Positions 1 through 10,888 of a stretch of DNA of 64,000 bases are shown piece after piece (the stretch's first letter is position 1; each line of letters opens with the position of its first letter). The stretch is from Thermoproteota archaeon. GTDB taxonomy: Archaea; Thermoproteota; Nitrososphaeria; Nitrososphaerales; Nitrososphaeraceae. A model generated the notes under the pieces. That model made no database searches, had not been told where the DNA came from, and saw only the letters and a program-made list of their open reading frames with translations. A program made the translations under genes and the position numbers. The stretch lies in assembly GCA_046729135.1 (NCBI GenBank), contig JBKPGB010000078.1, positions 20,086-84,085 on the forward strand, in the 5' to 3' direction.

Positions 1-149
<149 letters not shown>

Positions 150-263
150 TTAACTGGAGAATGATTTAACCATTTAATAATTTGTTCGGAAATAAATCAA
201 GATAGTTATTTAATTGTTTTTAAGAACAAAGAGAATATTACTAAGAATTCAGAGGCCGAGAAA

Positions 264-965
264 TTAATCTCTACTAACTCCCTCATTAGCTTTTGCCAAT
301 ATTCTTAAATGATCTTTGCAAAGAACTGGCTTTATCACCTGAGTATAGATTAATTCTTCTTGCCAATGGGAATTAAACAATCTACATGGATAATTCGAAC
401 AGAATGGGTTACCATTAGTAAGAAAAAAAAAGACAGCCTGAATTGCATAACCAGTTGCTACGGGCACTAACCGAGGATCTTCCTGGCTAACATATCTATC
501 GGCAAATTCATTCTCTATCTCTTTACTATTTATTGAGAGCAGATCTTTTAGCATCTGTTTAAAATAGTATCCTTTTGGTTTGGCTGGACCTTCAACAATG
601 CCGGAAATAGATATTATACTTGGTGAACCACAAATTATTGGCCTAGCGTGATATCTCTTGTCATTTTCGTCATGAGTACATACTAAATTATCTTCAAATA
701 TGACATGCATATGGTTTAATTGCATTTCATTTTTATCTATGATTCTGGAATAGATTCTCTGAAGGTAAAAACCATCAATAAATGTAATTTTTCGGTCAAT
801 ATCGCCTAATGAATTTTGTAGCTCATGGAGGTGAGCAGTATCCAAAAATTCATGTGACCGTTCAATCATCATGTTGTCTATAATATTATTTTTCGCCTTG
901 TTCTTGCTGAAATAATAGGCAAATGATCTGCCGTCTATTTCAACAAATGAAAAAAGCTGACTCAA
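264..965 (-). CDS. Conserved thaumarchaeal protein, DUF6775-like putative metallopeptidase
   Basis: C-terminal PFC...CRLFNSHWQEELI...LC motif recalled from DUF6775/archaemetzincin-like proteins; 233 aa ORF. Confidence 0.5.
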   Translation of the reverse strand: MSQLFSFVEIDGRSFAYYFSKNKAKNNIIDNMMIERSHEFLDTAHLHELQNSLGDIDRKITFIDGFYLQRIYSRIIDKNEMQLNHMHVIFEDNLVCTHDENDKRYHARPIICGSPSIISISGIVEGPAKPKGYYFKQMLKDLLSINSKEIENEFADRYVSQEDPRLVPVATGYAIQAVFFFLTNGNPFCSNYPCRLFNSHWQEELIYTQVIKPVLCKDHLRILAKANEGVSRD

Positions 966-1052
966 ATTTTGGGAAATTTTACTTATAAGACGAGTTGTGG
1001 AGAAGGAAGAGGAGTAGAGATGTACATAAGATAATTTTATATGTAAATCACT

Positions 1053-1868
1053 TTATGCTTCTAAGTTTATTTTTAAATCTGGGTTTGGCATTTTCTTCAA
1101 TTTACTGAGAGCTACTTGTGCTGCTTTCCTACCTGATAATAACATTGATCCAAATGTAGGACCCATTCTAGGTAATCCATGTGTTTCTGTTGCTGACATT
1201 CCAGCGGCAATTAATCCAGGATAAACTTCCCCTGTATATTCAACTACTGCATCTTCTCCGGTTACTGACATTGGTTCCATTCCCTTCCACTTTACATATC
1301 CTCTATCCATTAATCTTTTTACTGCTACTGAGTCGTGCCCTGAAGCATCTATTACTATTTTTGATTCAAGCGCAACGGGGTCTACGCATGTAACATTTCT
1401 TGGTAACGCAGAAACAGGCATCCAGTTTACGACAACTCCGCCCACCCTTTCATTTTTCAGTACCAAGTCATCAAATTTGGTAAGCTGGAGGAATCTAACA
1501 CCTGAATCACATGCAGATGCAATTAGTTTTGAACACGCATGAGGTCCCCACGTCGCATACAATGAGTCTGAAATTTTTCTGTAGGGCACTCCAAGTTCAT
1601 CCCATATCTTATTTGCCGGATATCTAACTGTCACAGGATTCATCATATATCCTCCTACCCAATACCCTCCACCGACATAGTTATTTTGTTCTATTATGAG
1701 CGTTTGAATCCCATTTTTACATAATTCTCTTCCAGCCATCAATCCTGCTGGTCCAGCACCAATGATAATTACATCGCAATCGCTATATTCAATTAACGTT
1801 TCATTGAACATCTGTGCTATAGTTCTCGTGATTTCTTTTTCACTTGCCTCGGAGAAAATCTTATCCAT
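1053..1868 (-). CDS. thi4: Thiazole biosynthesis enzyme Thi4 (Cys-type)
   Basis: DVIIIGAGPAGL, GGG.W.GG, TCVDP, IDASGHD and PRMGPTFGSMLLSG motifs. Confidence 0.95.
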   Translation of the reverse strand: MDKIFSEASEKEITRTIAQMFNETLIEYSDCDVIIIGAGPAGLMAGRELCKNGIQTLIIEQNNYVGGGYWVGGYMMNPVTVRYPANKIWDELGVPYRKISDSLYATWGPHACSKLIASACDSGVRFLQLTKFDDLVLKNERVGGVVVNWMPVSALPRNVTCVDPVALESKIVIDASGHDSVAVKRLMDRGYVKWKGMEPMSVTGEDAVVEYTGEVYPGLIAAGMSATETHGLPRMGPTFGSMLLSGRKAAQVALSKLKKMPNPDLKINLEA

Positions 1869-1966
1869 AATTTAATTAACGCTCTATCTTGTATTAATAT
1901 TATGTGTATTCTAATCCCAAGCATTAATTCAAATTTTAATTAAAAGCAATACTGTGAATACTCTAA

Positions 1967-2272
1967 TTGTCAGATCCCGCTGCCAGACGACTTCTTTGGT
2001 ATTTATTTGCAGGTTCAAAGGGTGGAGAAAATAGAATCAAGATTATAAACCTACTACAAGATACTCCACTCAACATAAATCGTATGGCAGAAGCTTTAAA
2101 CCTTGATTACAAGGCAGTTCAACATCACGTTGACGTGTTGCAGAAAAATAATTTGGTTTCGCGTATGGGCGAAAAATATGGAATAATGTATTTTGTTTCG
2201 AATTATCTTGAATCTAATATGGATAGCTTTAAGGAAATTGTTAACAAAATAAACAAATCTAAATCGATCTAG
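1967..2272 (+). CDS. ArsR-type winged-helix transcription regulator
   Basis: LLWYLFAGSKGGENRIKII...LNLDYKAVQHHVDVLQKNNLV HTH pattern; TTG start; divergent from thi4. Confidence 0.8.
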   Translation: MSDPAARRLLWYLFAGSKGGENRIKIINLLQDTPLNINRMAEALNLDYKAVQHHVDVLQKNNLVSRMGEKYGIMYFVSNYLESNMDSFKEIVNKINKSKSI

Positions 2273-2326
2273 TAGAATTTAACAATAGTTCATTAGAAAA
2301 TTTGAGAAAGGTAACTCTTCTTAATC

Positions 2327-3442
2327 CTAGATTGTTCTCGATAAGGGACCGCCTCGTACTTTTTGAATAATGTCTTCGAGCAAATTGGTTAATTCTGATC
2401 TATGTGAATCAAGATATTCTTGCCCTTTATCCTTAAGTCTAATTTGATACAATCTCAAATCACGATGTTGATCAAAAAACTGCTCAATCATTGTATTACC
2501 ATGTTTCGCTGGACTTGTTAGTTGCTCAAATGAATCAATTGTCTGATCTATATCCCCGTTTTTGACAGACTCAACCGATTTATCTAATATTTCAATAATA
2601 TCTTTTATCTCCTGAATTGGTGCTGAATATTCCTTGGACTTGAAAAATCCAGATCGCTTCGTTTCTCCAAGCTTGTCTGAAATGTCTCTTGAAAGTTCGT
2701 AAGACACATCCTTCCCAAGATATGATTTCTTTTCTTTTATAGTCACCAAACCTTTCATACTTAGCCTTAAAAATGCATCCTCAACATCCTGTTTGTCCAT
2801 ACCAGTTGCCCAAACAATTTTTCCTACATAATCGTATCCTTGTCGTAAGGATTCGAGAACGACTACTTCAAATATCCTCATAAATCCTTCCTCTGCACGG
2901 GCATTTTCAAAATCCCTGTCACGTACAGCTTTTTTTGCATGGGAAATATCTATTTCAATAGCCCTTTTCAAAGCTTCCATTCCATCATCCACCTTGCCAG
3001 CTAATGTGAGATAACATGCATAATTGTACCAAACCAATCCATCACTTGGATTTGCATCCAAAGCTTTAGTACAGCATTCTATTGCCTTGGCATAGTTATT
3101 CATCTTATAATAAGCAAGTCCTTTTAAATTCCAAGCTTCATAATTATCAGGATCAATGTTCAATGCCATATCATAAGAAGAAATAGCAAAAGAATAATCT
3201 CCCATATGGAAATGAGCATACCCTTTTTTAATCCATGCTTCAACAAACTTTGGATCTAATCTTAGAGCTAATTCAAAACTACGTATCGCATCATTTAGTT
3301 TATCATTAGACATGTGATTAACACCTTTTTTATACAAATCACGCACCTGAAAGTCACGTTGGTCTTCCGTATTCTTGGCTGCTGTTGACTTGTTGGAAGA
3401 ATTATCACTCTTGTCTTTAGCTCTAAAGAATCTGCTCATCAC
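2327..3442 (-). CDS. Tetratricopeptide-repeat protein
   Basis: Several TPR motifs (AWIKKGYAHFHMGDYSFAISSYDMAL; AWNLKGLAYYKMNNYAKAIECC; WYNYACY). Confidence 0.85.
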   Translation of the reverse strand: MMSRFFRAKDKSDNSSNKSTAAKNTEDQRDFQVRDLYKKGVNHMSNDKLNDAIRSFELALRLDPKFVEAWIKKGYAHFHMGDYSFAISSYDMALNIDPDNYEAWNLKGLAYYKMNNYAKAIECCTKALDANPSDGLVWYNYACYLTLAGKVDDGMEALKRAIEIDISHAKKAVRDRDFENARAEEGFMRIFEVVVLESLRQGYDYVGKIVWATGMDKQDVEDAFLRLSMKGLVTIKEKKSYLGKDVSYELSRDISDKLGETKRSGFFKSKEYSAPIQEIKDIIEILDKSVESVKNGDIDQTIDSFEQLTSPAKHGNTMIEQFFDQHRDLRLYQIRLKDKGQEYLDSHRSELTNLLEDIIQKVRGGPLSRTI

Positions 3443-4460
3443 TATTGATTACCTTTGTCAAAATAAATAGATTTGGACAATTGAAATTTTCTTGAATCAA
3501 TTCCAATTCGGTGTAAATTCACTTCACAGGGTTGGCACTAAACAAATTATATGAATCAAAAATCATTATTAGTAATACTTACAAAATTAAGATTAGTATG
3601 GTATTTTATTGCCATCGACTTTAATCATTGAATTCATTTTATGATGAATGGTCTCATATTCAATATCATAAATTGTAACGTAAAATGATGTAATAGGAGT
3701 TTTTACCAGAAATCGTATTAAAATTAGATTAACTAATTATTGTTCAATACTTTAAACAAGTTTATGTCTAATTGTAGGGCAATTATGTGTTTTAATTATT
3801 GTTCCGAATCTACACTTGAAACAAATAAGGGCAAATTTAGTGGAATTTCATAATTTTACACTTGCATAAATATGTTAATTTTTTGATGTAATCGTCACAC
3901 TAATAATTCAAGAGATATAGGTCAGTTAATGCTACTGTTTTGATAATTAGCTTTCATAATTATGAAGAAATTGGTTATCTTAATTTCTGATAACAAATGA
4001 ATCATTCTGATTCTTTTTTACTAATGATTATTTTTGGGTATTGTTTTTCTAATGGAGTAACAAAAAAAATAATTCATTGATAATTATCTGGATTCAATGG
4101 TAATACTTTATCTTTACAGAATAAACATCTGGATAAAAAGTATGAACACCAATAAATGAAATGTATATCAAGCAAATACCAATTGATACTTTAACAGGGA
4201 TGACCTAAAAATGAGGTAAACGGTAATGAGAATGACGTGTCCACCTGACCATTTTGACTTGGATTTTATAATGAAAGTCGAAATTACATGAAAATAGTCT
4301 GCAGGCTCGACTTCAAAACATCAAAAATAGGATTTTATGATATTTACACAATATAATATAATTATGATTAATTAAGTTTATCGTAATTTTATAATAAAAT
4401 CATTAGAATTTCATCTTATATTGTTATGTTTTTTATACTTCTCTAAAATATTGGTGAATA

Positions 4461-5945
4461 ATGTTTAGGAAGAACATCAATATCTTTATGTTAGTTGGAA
4501 TTTTGACAACAATCACGGTCACATCAACTTACCTGATGAACGCTTCAGCTTACAAACCGGGCGATCCTGGTGTAGTATATCATTGCTTTGCAACTGATTC
4601 CACTGGAAAGTACAATCTAACTGCGGAAGGCGATTTGATTCCCTGTGAGATTAATCCAGGTGATAATGCATGGATGATGACAGCTTCAGCACTTGTACTT
4701 ATAATGACACCTGGTGGTTTGGCTATATTTTATTCTGGATTAACCAGACAAAAAAATGCTGTCAATACTCTTAACATGGTATTCGTGGCGACAGGTCTAA
4801 TTGCAGTACAATGGGTACTATGGGGTTACAGCTTAGCTTTTGGTCCAGACGCAGGCGGTTACGGGTTTATTGGAACACTAGACTGGGCTGGATTATATAA
4901 TGTATTTCACGACGTTCCTTCAATTGCGTATGGAGGCATAACTGGGACGACTATTCCGCACCAGACATACATGGTATTTCAGATGATGTTCGCCATCATT
5001 ACTCCTGCGTTAATTGTAGGTGCTCTTGTTGAAAGAATGAAATGGAGTGCATTTCTTGTTTTCGTACTTCTGTGGGCTACTTTTGTTTATGACTTTTGTG
5101 CGCATTGGACATGGGAAATTACAGGACCAGACAACTATGGAAAGAATCCTGGATACTGTGGCTTTGGATGGACTGGTTGCTACGGATCACTTGACTTTGC
5201 TGGTGGAACTGTAATCCATATAACATCTGGATTCTCCGGACTCGTCATAGCGTTAATGTTGGGCAGGAGAATAGGATATGGTAAAGTTCCTATGGAACCA
5301 CACAATATTTCAATGGTGGTTTTAGGTGCAGCGCTACTGTGGTTCGGGTGGTTTGGATTTAATGCCGGTTCTGCCGGGGCAGCAGCTACAAATGCAACAA
5401 GCGCATTTGTTGCAACGCAAGTAGCTACAGGCATGGCCGTAGTTACCTGGTCATTGCTCTCTTGGGCACACACAGGGCGAGCATCAGCGGTTGGAGCTGC
5501 TTCCGGTGCGGTAGCTGGACTTGTGGCCATTACGCCAGCCTCAGGGTTCGTATCGCCAATGTCAGCACTTGTTATTGGAATAGTTGCATCATGTGCTTGT
5601 TATGGAGCAATTATGTTCAAGAATAGTAGGAAGTGGGATGACGCAATAGATGCCTGGGGAGTACATGGAATTGGTGGACTTGCAGGAGCCTTAATGACAG
5701 GATTGTTCGCAGAAAAGCGATTTACGCCATGGGGTGACAACGGACTTGTGTTCGGCAATCCGCCTCAGTTGTTAGAAAACGCTGTTGGCGCTTTTGCATC
5801 TATTGCTTGGGCGATGGGTATAACCGCACTAATCGTCAAAATAATGGACAAAGTGTGGCCCGGAGGCATAAGAGTTACTCCAAAGGAAGAAGAAATTGGA
5901 TTGGACTTAACCCAACACGGAGAACGAGCTTACGTAAGCGAGTAA
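4461..5945 (+). CDS. amt: Ammonium transporter (Amt/Mep/Rh family)
   Basis: GDNAWM, FQMMFAIIT, DFAGGTVIH (His1), WFGWFGFN, DAWGVHG (His2) and EEEIGLD motifs; N-terminal signal-like segment. Confidence 0.97.
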   Translation: MFRKNINIFMLVGILTTITVTSTYLMNASAYKPGDPGVVYHCFATDSTGKYNLTAEGDLIPCEINPGDNAWMMTASALVLIMTPGGLAIFYSGLTRQKNAVNTLNMVFVATGLIAVQWVLWGYSLAFGPDAGGYGFIGTLDWAGLYNVFHDVPSIAYGGITGTTIPHQTYMVFQMMFAIITPALIVGALVERMKWSAFLVFVLLWATFVYDFCAHWTWEITGPDNYGKNPGYCGFGWTGCYGSLDFAGGTVIHITSGFSGLVIALMLGRRIGYGKVPMEPHNISMVVLGAALLWFGWFGFNAGSAGAAATNATSAFVATQVATGMAVVTWSLLSWAHTGRASAVGAASGAVAGLVAITPASGFVSPMSALVIGIVASCACYGAIMFKNSRKWDDAIDAWGVHGIGGLAGALMTGLFAEKRFTPWGDNGLVFGNPPQLLENAVGAFASIAWAMGITALIVKIMDKVWPGGIRVTPKEEEIGLDLTQHGERAYVSE

Positions 5946-5960
5946 GCGAGTAAGAACCCA

Positions 5961-5990
5961 TTTTTTCCTTTTTACATTTTTATTTTCTTT
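5961..5990 (+). terminator. Oligo-T archaeal terminator-like tract after amt
   Basis: T-rich runs (ttttttcctttttacattttta) directly after the amt stop codon. Confidence 0.45.
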
Positions 5991-6053
5991 CAAGTATCTA
6001 AAGCATTAATTTTCCATTTGTATGCTTAAATATTTTCAGATAATAGGACTAAC

Positions 6054-6740
6054 ATGGTTGACAAATTTACAATTGTTAGATTAAGTGCAGGAAATGAAAA
6101 ATTTGAAATTTTGGTGAAACCTGATCCTGCACTAGAATATAAACTGGGCAAAAAAATTGACATTTCAAATATTATGATTTCAGACGAAATTTATTCAGAT
6201 GCTAATAAGGGTACAAGAATCTCCACTGAGAAGTTAATAAAGCATTTTAAGACAACAGATCAACTGGAAATAGCAAAACAGATTATGGCTAAAGGCGATC
6301 TAAACATGAACACAGATCAGCGCAGAAAGATGATTGAAGAAAAGAAAAAACAGATTGTCCAGTATATAAACAAAAATTTCGTCGATCCCAAAACCCATAT
6401 GCCCCATCCGATATCAAGGATTAATGCAGTTCTTGATGAATCACCGGTATCAATTGATCCATTTAAGCGGTTAGAAGATCAAATTAAGAATATCATCGAT
6501 CCATTAAGAAAAATATTGCCTCTAAAGTCGGAAATATCGGAATTGACCGTAACTGTGCCCGCTCAGTTTTCAGGACAATCATTTGGCGTATTCAAAAGTA
6601 TTGGTGAGATAAAATCAGAGCAATGGCTCTCGGACGGATCATTGCAGGTGGTTCTCAATATTAACGCGGGGATGAAGAGCTCATTTCTAGATAGAATTGG
6701 AACTGCGACCAAAGGTTCAGCTCAGGTCACTGAAAAATAA
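6054..6740 (+). CDS. Ribosome maturation factor SBDS/SDO1
   Basis: KFEILVKPD, EIYSDANKG, DPKTHMPHP..RI motifs; first gene of the exosome superoperon. Confidence 0.95.
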   Translation: MVDKFTIVRLSAGNEKFEILVKPDPALEYKLGKKIDISNIMISDEIYSDANKGTRISTEKLIKHFKTTDQLEIAKQIMAKGDLNMNTDQRRKMIEEKKKQIVQYINKNFVDPKTHMPHPISRINAVLDESPVSIDPFKRLEDQIKNIIDPLRKILPLKSEISELTVTVPAQFSGQSFGVFKSIGEIKSEQWLSDGSLQVVLNINAGMKSSFLDRIGTATKGSAQVTEK

Positions 6741-6833
6741 GCACAATACATGCTATTAGCCACACTTAAAATATAAGTCTGTTCTAACTTTCCCAAAAAG
6801 GGAGAATTATGAATGGATTAATGAATTCTTGTT

Positions 6834-7652
6834 TTGGAGGATCGCACTTTGCAGGAAATTAAAAGAAAATACGTTATTCCTGGTGATATTGTGGCAGAAG
6901 GGAATTTGAGACCTTTGGTAAATGTATTTAGGATTGGAAATTCAATTGTAGCAACTAGAATTGGAATTGCAGAGTCAAATAAAGATGGGGCCAAAGTAAT
7001 TCCATTATCTGGAATTTATTTCCCGCGGGCAAATGATATTGTAATAGGTAAAATACTAGACCATTCGTCTCTTTCCTGGTCTGTAGACATCAATTCATGT
7101 TTTAATGCACATTTACCCGCTCAAGACATATTTGGAAGAGATTTTTCACCAGCACATGATGACATGGGCAGTCAGTTGTCAAAGGGGGATGTTATTGTTG
7201 CAAGAATTGCAATTTTTGATAGAACGAGGGATCCAATCCTTACAATTCAAGATAAGGACTTGGGAAAGATACCGACAGGAGAATTGATAAAAATATCTCC
7301 AACTCGGGTTCCAAGACTCATTGGAAAAAGAGGTTCCATGATCCAAATAATTGAACAGGCAAGTTCTACAAGGATAACTATAGGTCAAAATGGAATAATT
7401 GTCGTCTCCGGAAAAGACAAGGAAGGAATCAATCTTGCAATTAATGCAATTCATATAGTAGAAGTAGAAGCTCACACTTCAAACCTTACTCAAAGAATTA
7501 AGCAATTATTGAATGTGCCAGAGTCGGAGATTGAAAATGATGATACAAAAAGGAATCACGAAATCAATGACACAGAGATTAATGATGATAAAGTTATTTC
7601 AAACAAAATTGATAAAGAAATGGGAATGATGAACTCAAATGGTACAAAATAG
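6834..7652 (+). CDS. rrp4: Exosome RNA-binding protein Rrp4
   Basis: YVIPGD, S1 domain, KH domain (VPRLIGKRGSM), IGQNG.I; synteny. Confidence 0.95.
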   Translation: MEDRTLQEIKRKYVIPGDIVAEGNLRPLVNVFRIGNSIVATRIGIAESNKDGAKVIPLSGIYFPRANDIVIGKILDHSSLSWSVDINSCFNAHLPAQDIFGRDFSPAHDDMGSQLSKGDVIVARIAIFDRTRDPILTIQDKDLGKIPTGELIKISPTRVPRLIGKRGSMIQIIEQASSTRITIGQNGIIVVSGKDKEGINLAINAIHIVEVEAHTSNLTQRIKQLLNVPESEIENDDTKRNHEINDTEINDDKVISNKIDKEMGMMNSNGTK

Positions 7653-8373
7653 AAGCCTAATAGACGAAAGCGGAAAAAGAAGCGATGGAAGGATAATAGA
7701 TGAATTAAGAGAGGTAAAGATTAATGTGGGAATTATAAGGAATGCAGATGGTTCTGCTCTTATAGAATTCGGTAAAAATAAGATAATTGCAGCGGTCTAT
7801 GGTCCGCGAGAAGTTCATCCAAAACATATGGCATTATCTGATCGATGTGTTGTAAGATGCAGATATCACATGTCTCCTTTTTCAACAGATACTCGAAAAA
7901 GCCCTGCACCGTCTAGGAGAGAGACGGAAATATCGAAGGTTATCCGAGAGTCCTTAGAACCTGCACTAATGCTTGAGGATTATCCTCGTGCGGCGATTGA
8001 TATCTTTATCGAAGTATTGCAAGCAGATGGGGGTTCACGATGTGCTGGAATTACAGCTGCTTCAGTAGCACTAGCTGACGCAGGAATAAATATGCGTGAT
8101 ATGGTTTCAGCATGTGCAGCAGGAAAGGTAGATGACAAAATAGTGATTGATATTAACGACACTGAAGACAAAGAGGGAGGAGCTGACATGCCTGTAGCAT
8201 ATATGCCAAATCTTAAGAAAATAACACTCCTTCAACTTGATGGAGAGTTGAATTCAAATGAATTCAATACTTGTTTAGAAGAAGCCATACGTGGCTGCCT
8301 GAAGGTATTTGAAATACAACGTTCCTCTTTAATAGAAAAGTACTTTGGCGATGAAAAGGGTTTGAATGAATAA
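7639..8373 (+). CDS. rrp41: Exosome complex exonuclease Rrp41
   Basis: RSDGR..DELR, ADGSA, YGPRE, PSRRETEIS, LQADGGSRCA, EDKEGGADMP motifs. Confidence 0.97.
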   Translation: MVQNRSLIDESGKRSDGRIIDELREVKINVGIIRNADGSALIEFGKNKIIAAVYGPREVHPKHMALSDRCVVRCRYHMSPFSTDTRKSPAPSRRETEISKVIRESLEPALMLEDYPRAAIDIFIEVLQADGGSRCAGITAASVALADAGINMRDMVSACAAGKVDDKIVIDINDTEDKEGGADMPVAYMPNLKKITLLQLDGELNSNEFNTCLEEAIRGCLKVFEIQRSSLIEKYFGDEKGLNE

Positions 8374-9206
8374 TGAGTCTATCAAAGAAATCTACAATAA
8401 TTGTCGAAAATCTTCGCAAAAAACAAATGATGGAATCAATTTCAGCAGGCAAAAGACTAGATGAAAGAAGTTTAGATGAAACAAGACCAATTGAGATTGA
8501 ATTAGACGTAATAAAAAAGGCAAGTGGATCGGCTTGGGTAAAGTTAGGTAAGACAGAAGTTGTTGCGGGAGTAAAAGTAGAGACTGGTGAACCTTTTGAA
8601 GGACTGGAAAATAGTGGAGCTTTAATAATTACTGCTGAAGTACTCCCGATTGCATCTCCTCATATAGAACCAGGTCCACCTGATGAAGAAACGATTGAAC
8701 TCGCCAGGGTTGTTGATAGGGGTGTAAGAGAGTCAGAAATGTTAGAATTAAGCAAATTGGTCTTGGTCCCCGGAAAAATTGTGTATACCATTTTTGTAGA
8801 TTGTAGTATCATTAACGTAGATGGTAACCTTTTAGATGCGACTTCTTATGCTGTAGTAGCTGCATTAACAAGCTGCAAACTACCTGTTTTTGAAATTAAA
8901 GATGACAAAGTAGTAGATACAGGGAGAACTCAGGAACCTCCCATATCTACTATTCCTGTATCTGTTACTACCGTTAAGATTGGCGATTATCTGCTTTTGG
9001 ACCCAAATGCTGAGGAAGAAGCAAGTATGGATGCAAGACTTACAATTACTACTAATTCAAAAGGATCAATTGTTGCAATGCAAAAGGGACTAAAAGGTTA
9101 CTTTACAGTGGATGAAGTGAAGAGTATTGCAGATAAAGCAATTAGCAAGGGAGAAGAAATTAGAGCAAAACTTAAGGGGTTGATTCATCATGGTAAGAAG
9201 GAGTAA
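8373..9206 (+). CDS. rrp42: Exosome complex component Rrp42
   Basis: GKRLDER, ASGSAWVKLG.T, ELARVVDRG.RES, DGNLLDA, LLDP..EEE motifs. Confidence 0.97.
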   Translation: MSLSKKSTIIVENLRKKQMMESISAGKRLDERSLDETRPIEIELDVIKKASGSAWVKLGKTEVVAGVKVETGEPFEGLENSGALIITAEVLPIASPHIEPGPPDEETIELARVVDRGVRESEMLELSKLVLVPGKIVYTIFVDCSIINVDGNLLDATSYAVVAALTSCKLPVFEIKDDKVVDTGRTQEPPISTIPVSVTTVKIGDYLLLDPNAEEEASMDARLTITTNSKGSIVAMQKGLKGYFTVDEVKSIADKAISKGEEIRAKLKGLIHHGKKE

Positions 9207-9435
9207 ACACAAGATATCTCGCCTTAAGGGATTAGGAGTAAAATACGGAGCTACTGTCAGGAAGAGATATGGAATGATTTACAAGGTTCTGAAAAGAAAG
9301 AGAAAATGCCCTAAATGTGGATCAATAAAATTTGATAGGAAGGCACTGGGGATTTGGTGCTGTTCAAAATGCAACTATAAAGTAGCTTCAGGTACATATG
9401 ATGTAAGCTTTGAAAAGTCAAAGAGTAAATATTAG
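9190..9435 (+). CDS. rpl37ae: 50S ribosomal protein L37Ae
   Basis: G.KYGATVRKR; CPKC and GIW.C.KC zinc ribbon. Confidence 0.95.
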   Translation: MVRRSKHKISRLKGLGVKYGATVRKRYGMIYKVLKRKRKCPKCGSIKFDRKALGIWCCSKCNYKVASGTYDVSFEKSKSKY

Positions 9436-9673
9436 AATTCAAATATCTTTAGAAAACCTTCCATCAGAATTATCTTCTAAGATTGTAAATACGATAGCTA
9501 ACGCCCTACAACCGGAAACTAGATTTCTCACCTGTTCTGAAAAAATAAGAATTACTTCAAAACAAGGTGTGATTTTTATTACTATTAGTACACACGATTT
9601 ACAATCAATCCGTGCCATAGTTAACACATACATTAGATTGTTGAGCTTGTCATATTTGTCTTTAAATTTATAA
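9410..9673 (+). CDS. pcc1: KEOPS complex subunit Pcc1-like
   Basis: AL.PE and DLQSIRAIVNTYIRLL motifs; conserved position after rpl37ae. Confidence 0.75.
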   Translation: MKSQRVNIRIQISLENLPSELSSKIVNTIANALQPETRFLTCSEKIRITSKQGVIFITISTHDLQSIRAIVNTYIRLLSLSYLSLNL

Positions 9674-9713
9674 AACGCTATAGATTTATGACGGTAAAGT
9701 CAAGTAATTAGAA

Positions 9714-10103
9714 ATGAGTGAACAAGAAATTCCTCCGTGGTTAAGAGAGCAACTTACAAGGCTACAGCAGCTGCAGCAAAATTTACAAGCTATTTTGATG
9801 CAAAAACAACAACTTGAAGCAGAATCTGTCGAAATAGAAAAGGCTACCGAAGAACTTAAGAAATCAGCAGAGGATGAAGCAATCTACAAAAGTGTTGGTC
9901 CTTTGTTGATTAAAACCAAAAAGGATGATACTCTTAAGGAGCTAGACGAAAAGAAAGATCTCTCAAACACTCGCTTGGTAGTTCTAGGTAAACAAGAGAC
10001 AAGAGTAAAAGAGAATTTAAAGGAAGTTGAAAACAAGATAAATGAAATGATTCGAATGGGACAAGGACAAGCAGGTAATTTTGGTACCAAGCCAAACACT
10101 TGA
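9714..10103 (+). CDS. pfdB: Prefoldin subunit beta
   Basis: Coiled coils flanking IYKSVGPLLIK; superoperon synteny. Confidence 0.95.
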   Translation: MSEQEIPPWLREQLTRLQQLQQNLQAILMQKQQLEAESVEIEKATEELKKSAEDEAIYKSVGPLLIKTKKDDTLKELDEKKDLSNTRLVVLGKQETRVKENLKEVENKINEMIRMGQGQAGNFGTKPNT

Positions 10104-10343
10104 TGATTTTTGTTTTAGTAAATAATTCTTTAATCTAAGTGAGCATTTTAATCTCTTAATTTAGAGAACACGATTTCTGGACAGAAGCTGCTTATATCAC
10201 TTTAGTTCAATTTACGAATTAATTTACATGTTTGGCAGAATAACTTTTTAGGTCTTATTGACTCCGAAACTAATATCCTCTTAAAGGTGGTGTTCACACA
10301 ATTGGGGAAAAAATTAGAACCAAATACATATTCAAACCTATCA

Positions 10344-10811
10344 CTATTCTTTTGCCGGGATGGGAATTTCTCTCGTTGTTTTCCTCATTTCAATGAATGT
10401 CTCAGTCTTCTGTACTCCTTCGATACGACCGACTCGTTCCGATATCAACTGGTGCATTTCGTCCAAAGAGTGAGAATTCATTGTTACCAATATATCAAAT
10501 CTCCCTGTAACTTCAGAAACTTCCGTAACACCCGGAATGCTGAATAATTCACTCAAAACATTGTCTCTCAACTTTGAATCCATGTTTATACCAGTTAGTG
10601 CCTTCACATTAAACCCAAGGGCTTCATCATTCATCAATATCGTGAATTTTCTAATAATACCCCTCTTTACTAATCTCTTAATCCTGCTATAAACTACCGA
10701 TGCGTTGATGTTGATTTTCCTTGAAAGTCTGGGAACCGAAATAGATGCATCATTTGAAAGTTCCTCCAAAATTTTAAGATCTAAATCGTCAATTTTATAC
10801 ATAGAAATCAC
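10344..10811 (-). CDS. Lrp/AsnC family transcription regulator
   Basis: IDDLDLKILEEL..DA HTH plus RAM domain (EVTGRFDI). Confidence 0.93.
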   Translation of the reverse strand: MISMYKIDDLDLKILEELSNDASISVPRLSRKININASVVYSRIKRLVKRGIIRKFTILMNDEALGFNVKALTGINMDSKLRDNVLSELFSIPGVTEVSEVTGRFDILVTMNSHSLDEMHQLISERVGRIEGVQKTETFIEMRKTTREIPIPAKE

Positions 10812-10888
10812 TTATTATATCGTAAATTTTGAGGTTAATAAATGTATTAATTTCAATTTTATTTATTTTTTTTATCAATAATGCACGA

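Noticed and set aside
5180-5530. Short antisense or out-of-frame ORFs inside long genes (e.g. 5180-5530, 7980-8189, 11553-11993, 24756-25157, 52803-53174, 55617-55994)
   Set aside because: They overlap confidently identified genes and lack independent motifs.
5934-5954. gtaagcga 8-bp tandem duplication at the amt stop codon
   Set aside because: Only two copies; likely a trivial slippage event.
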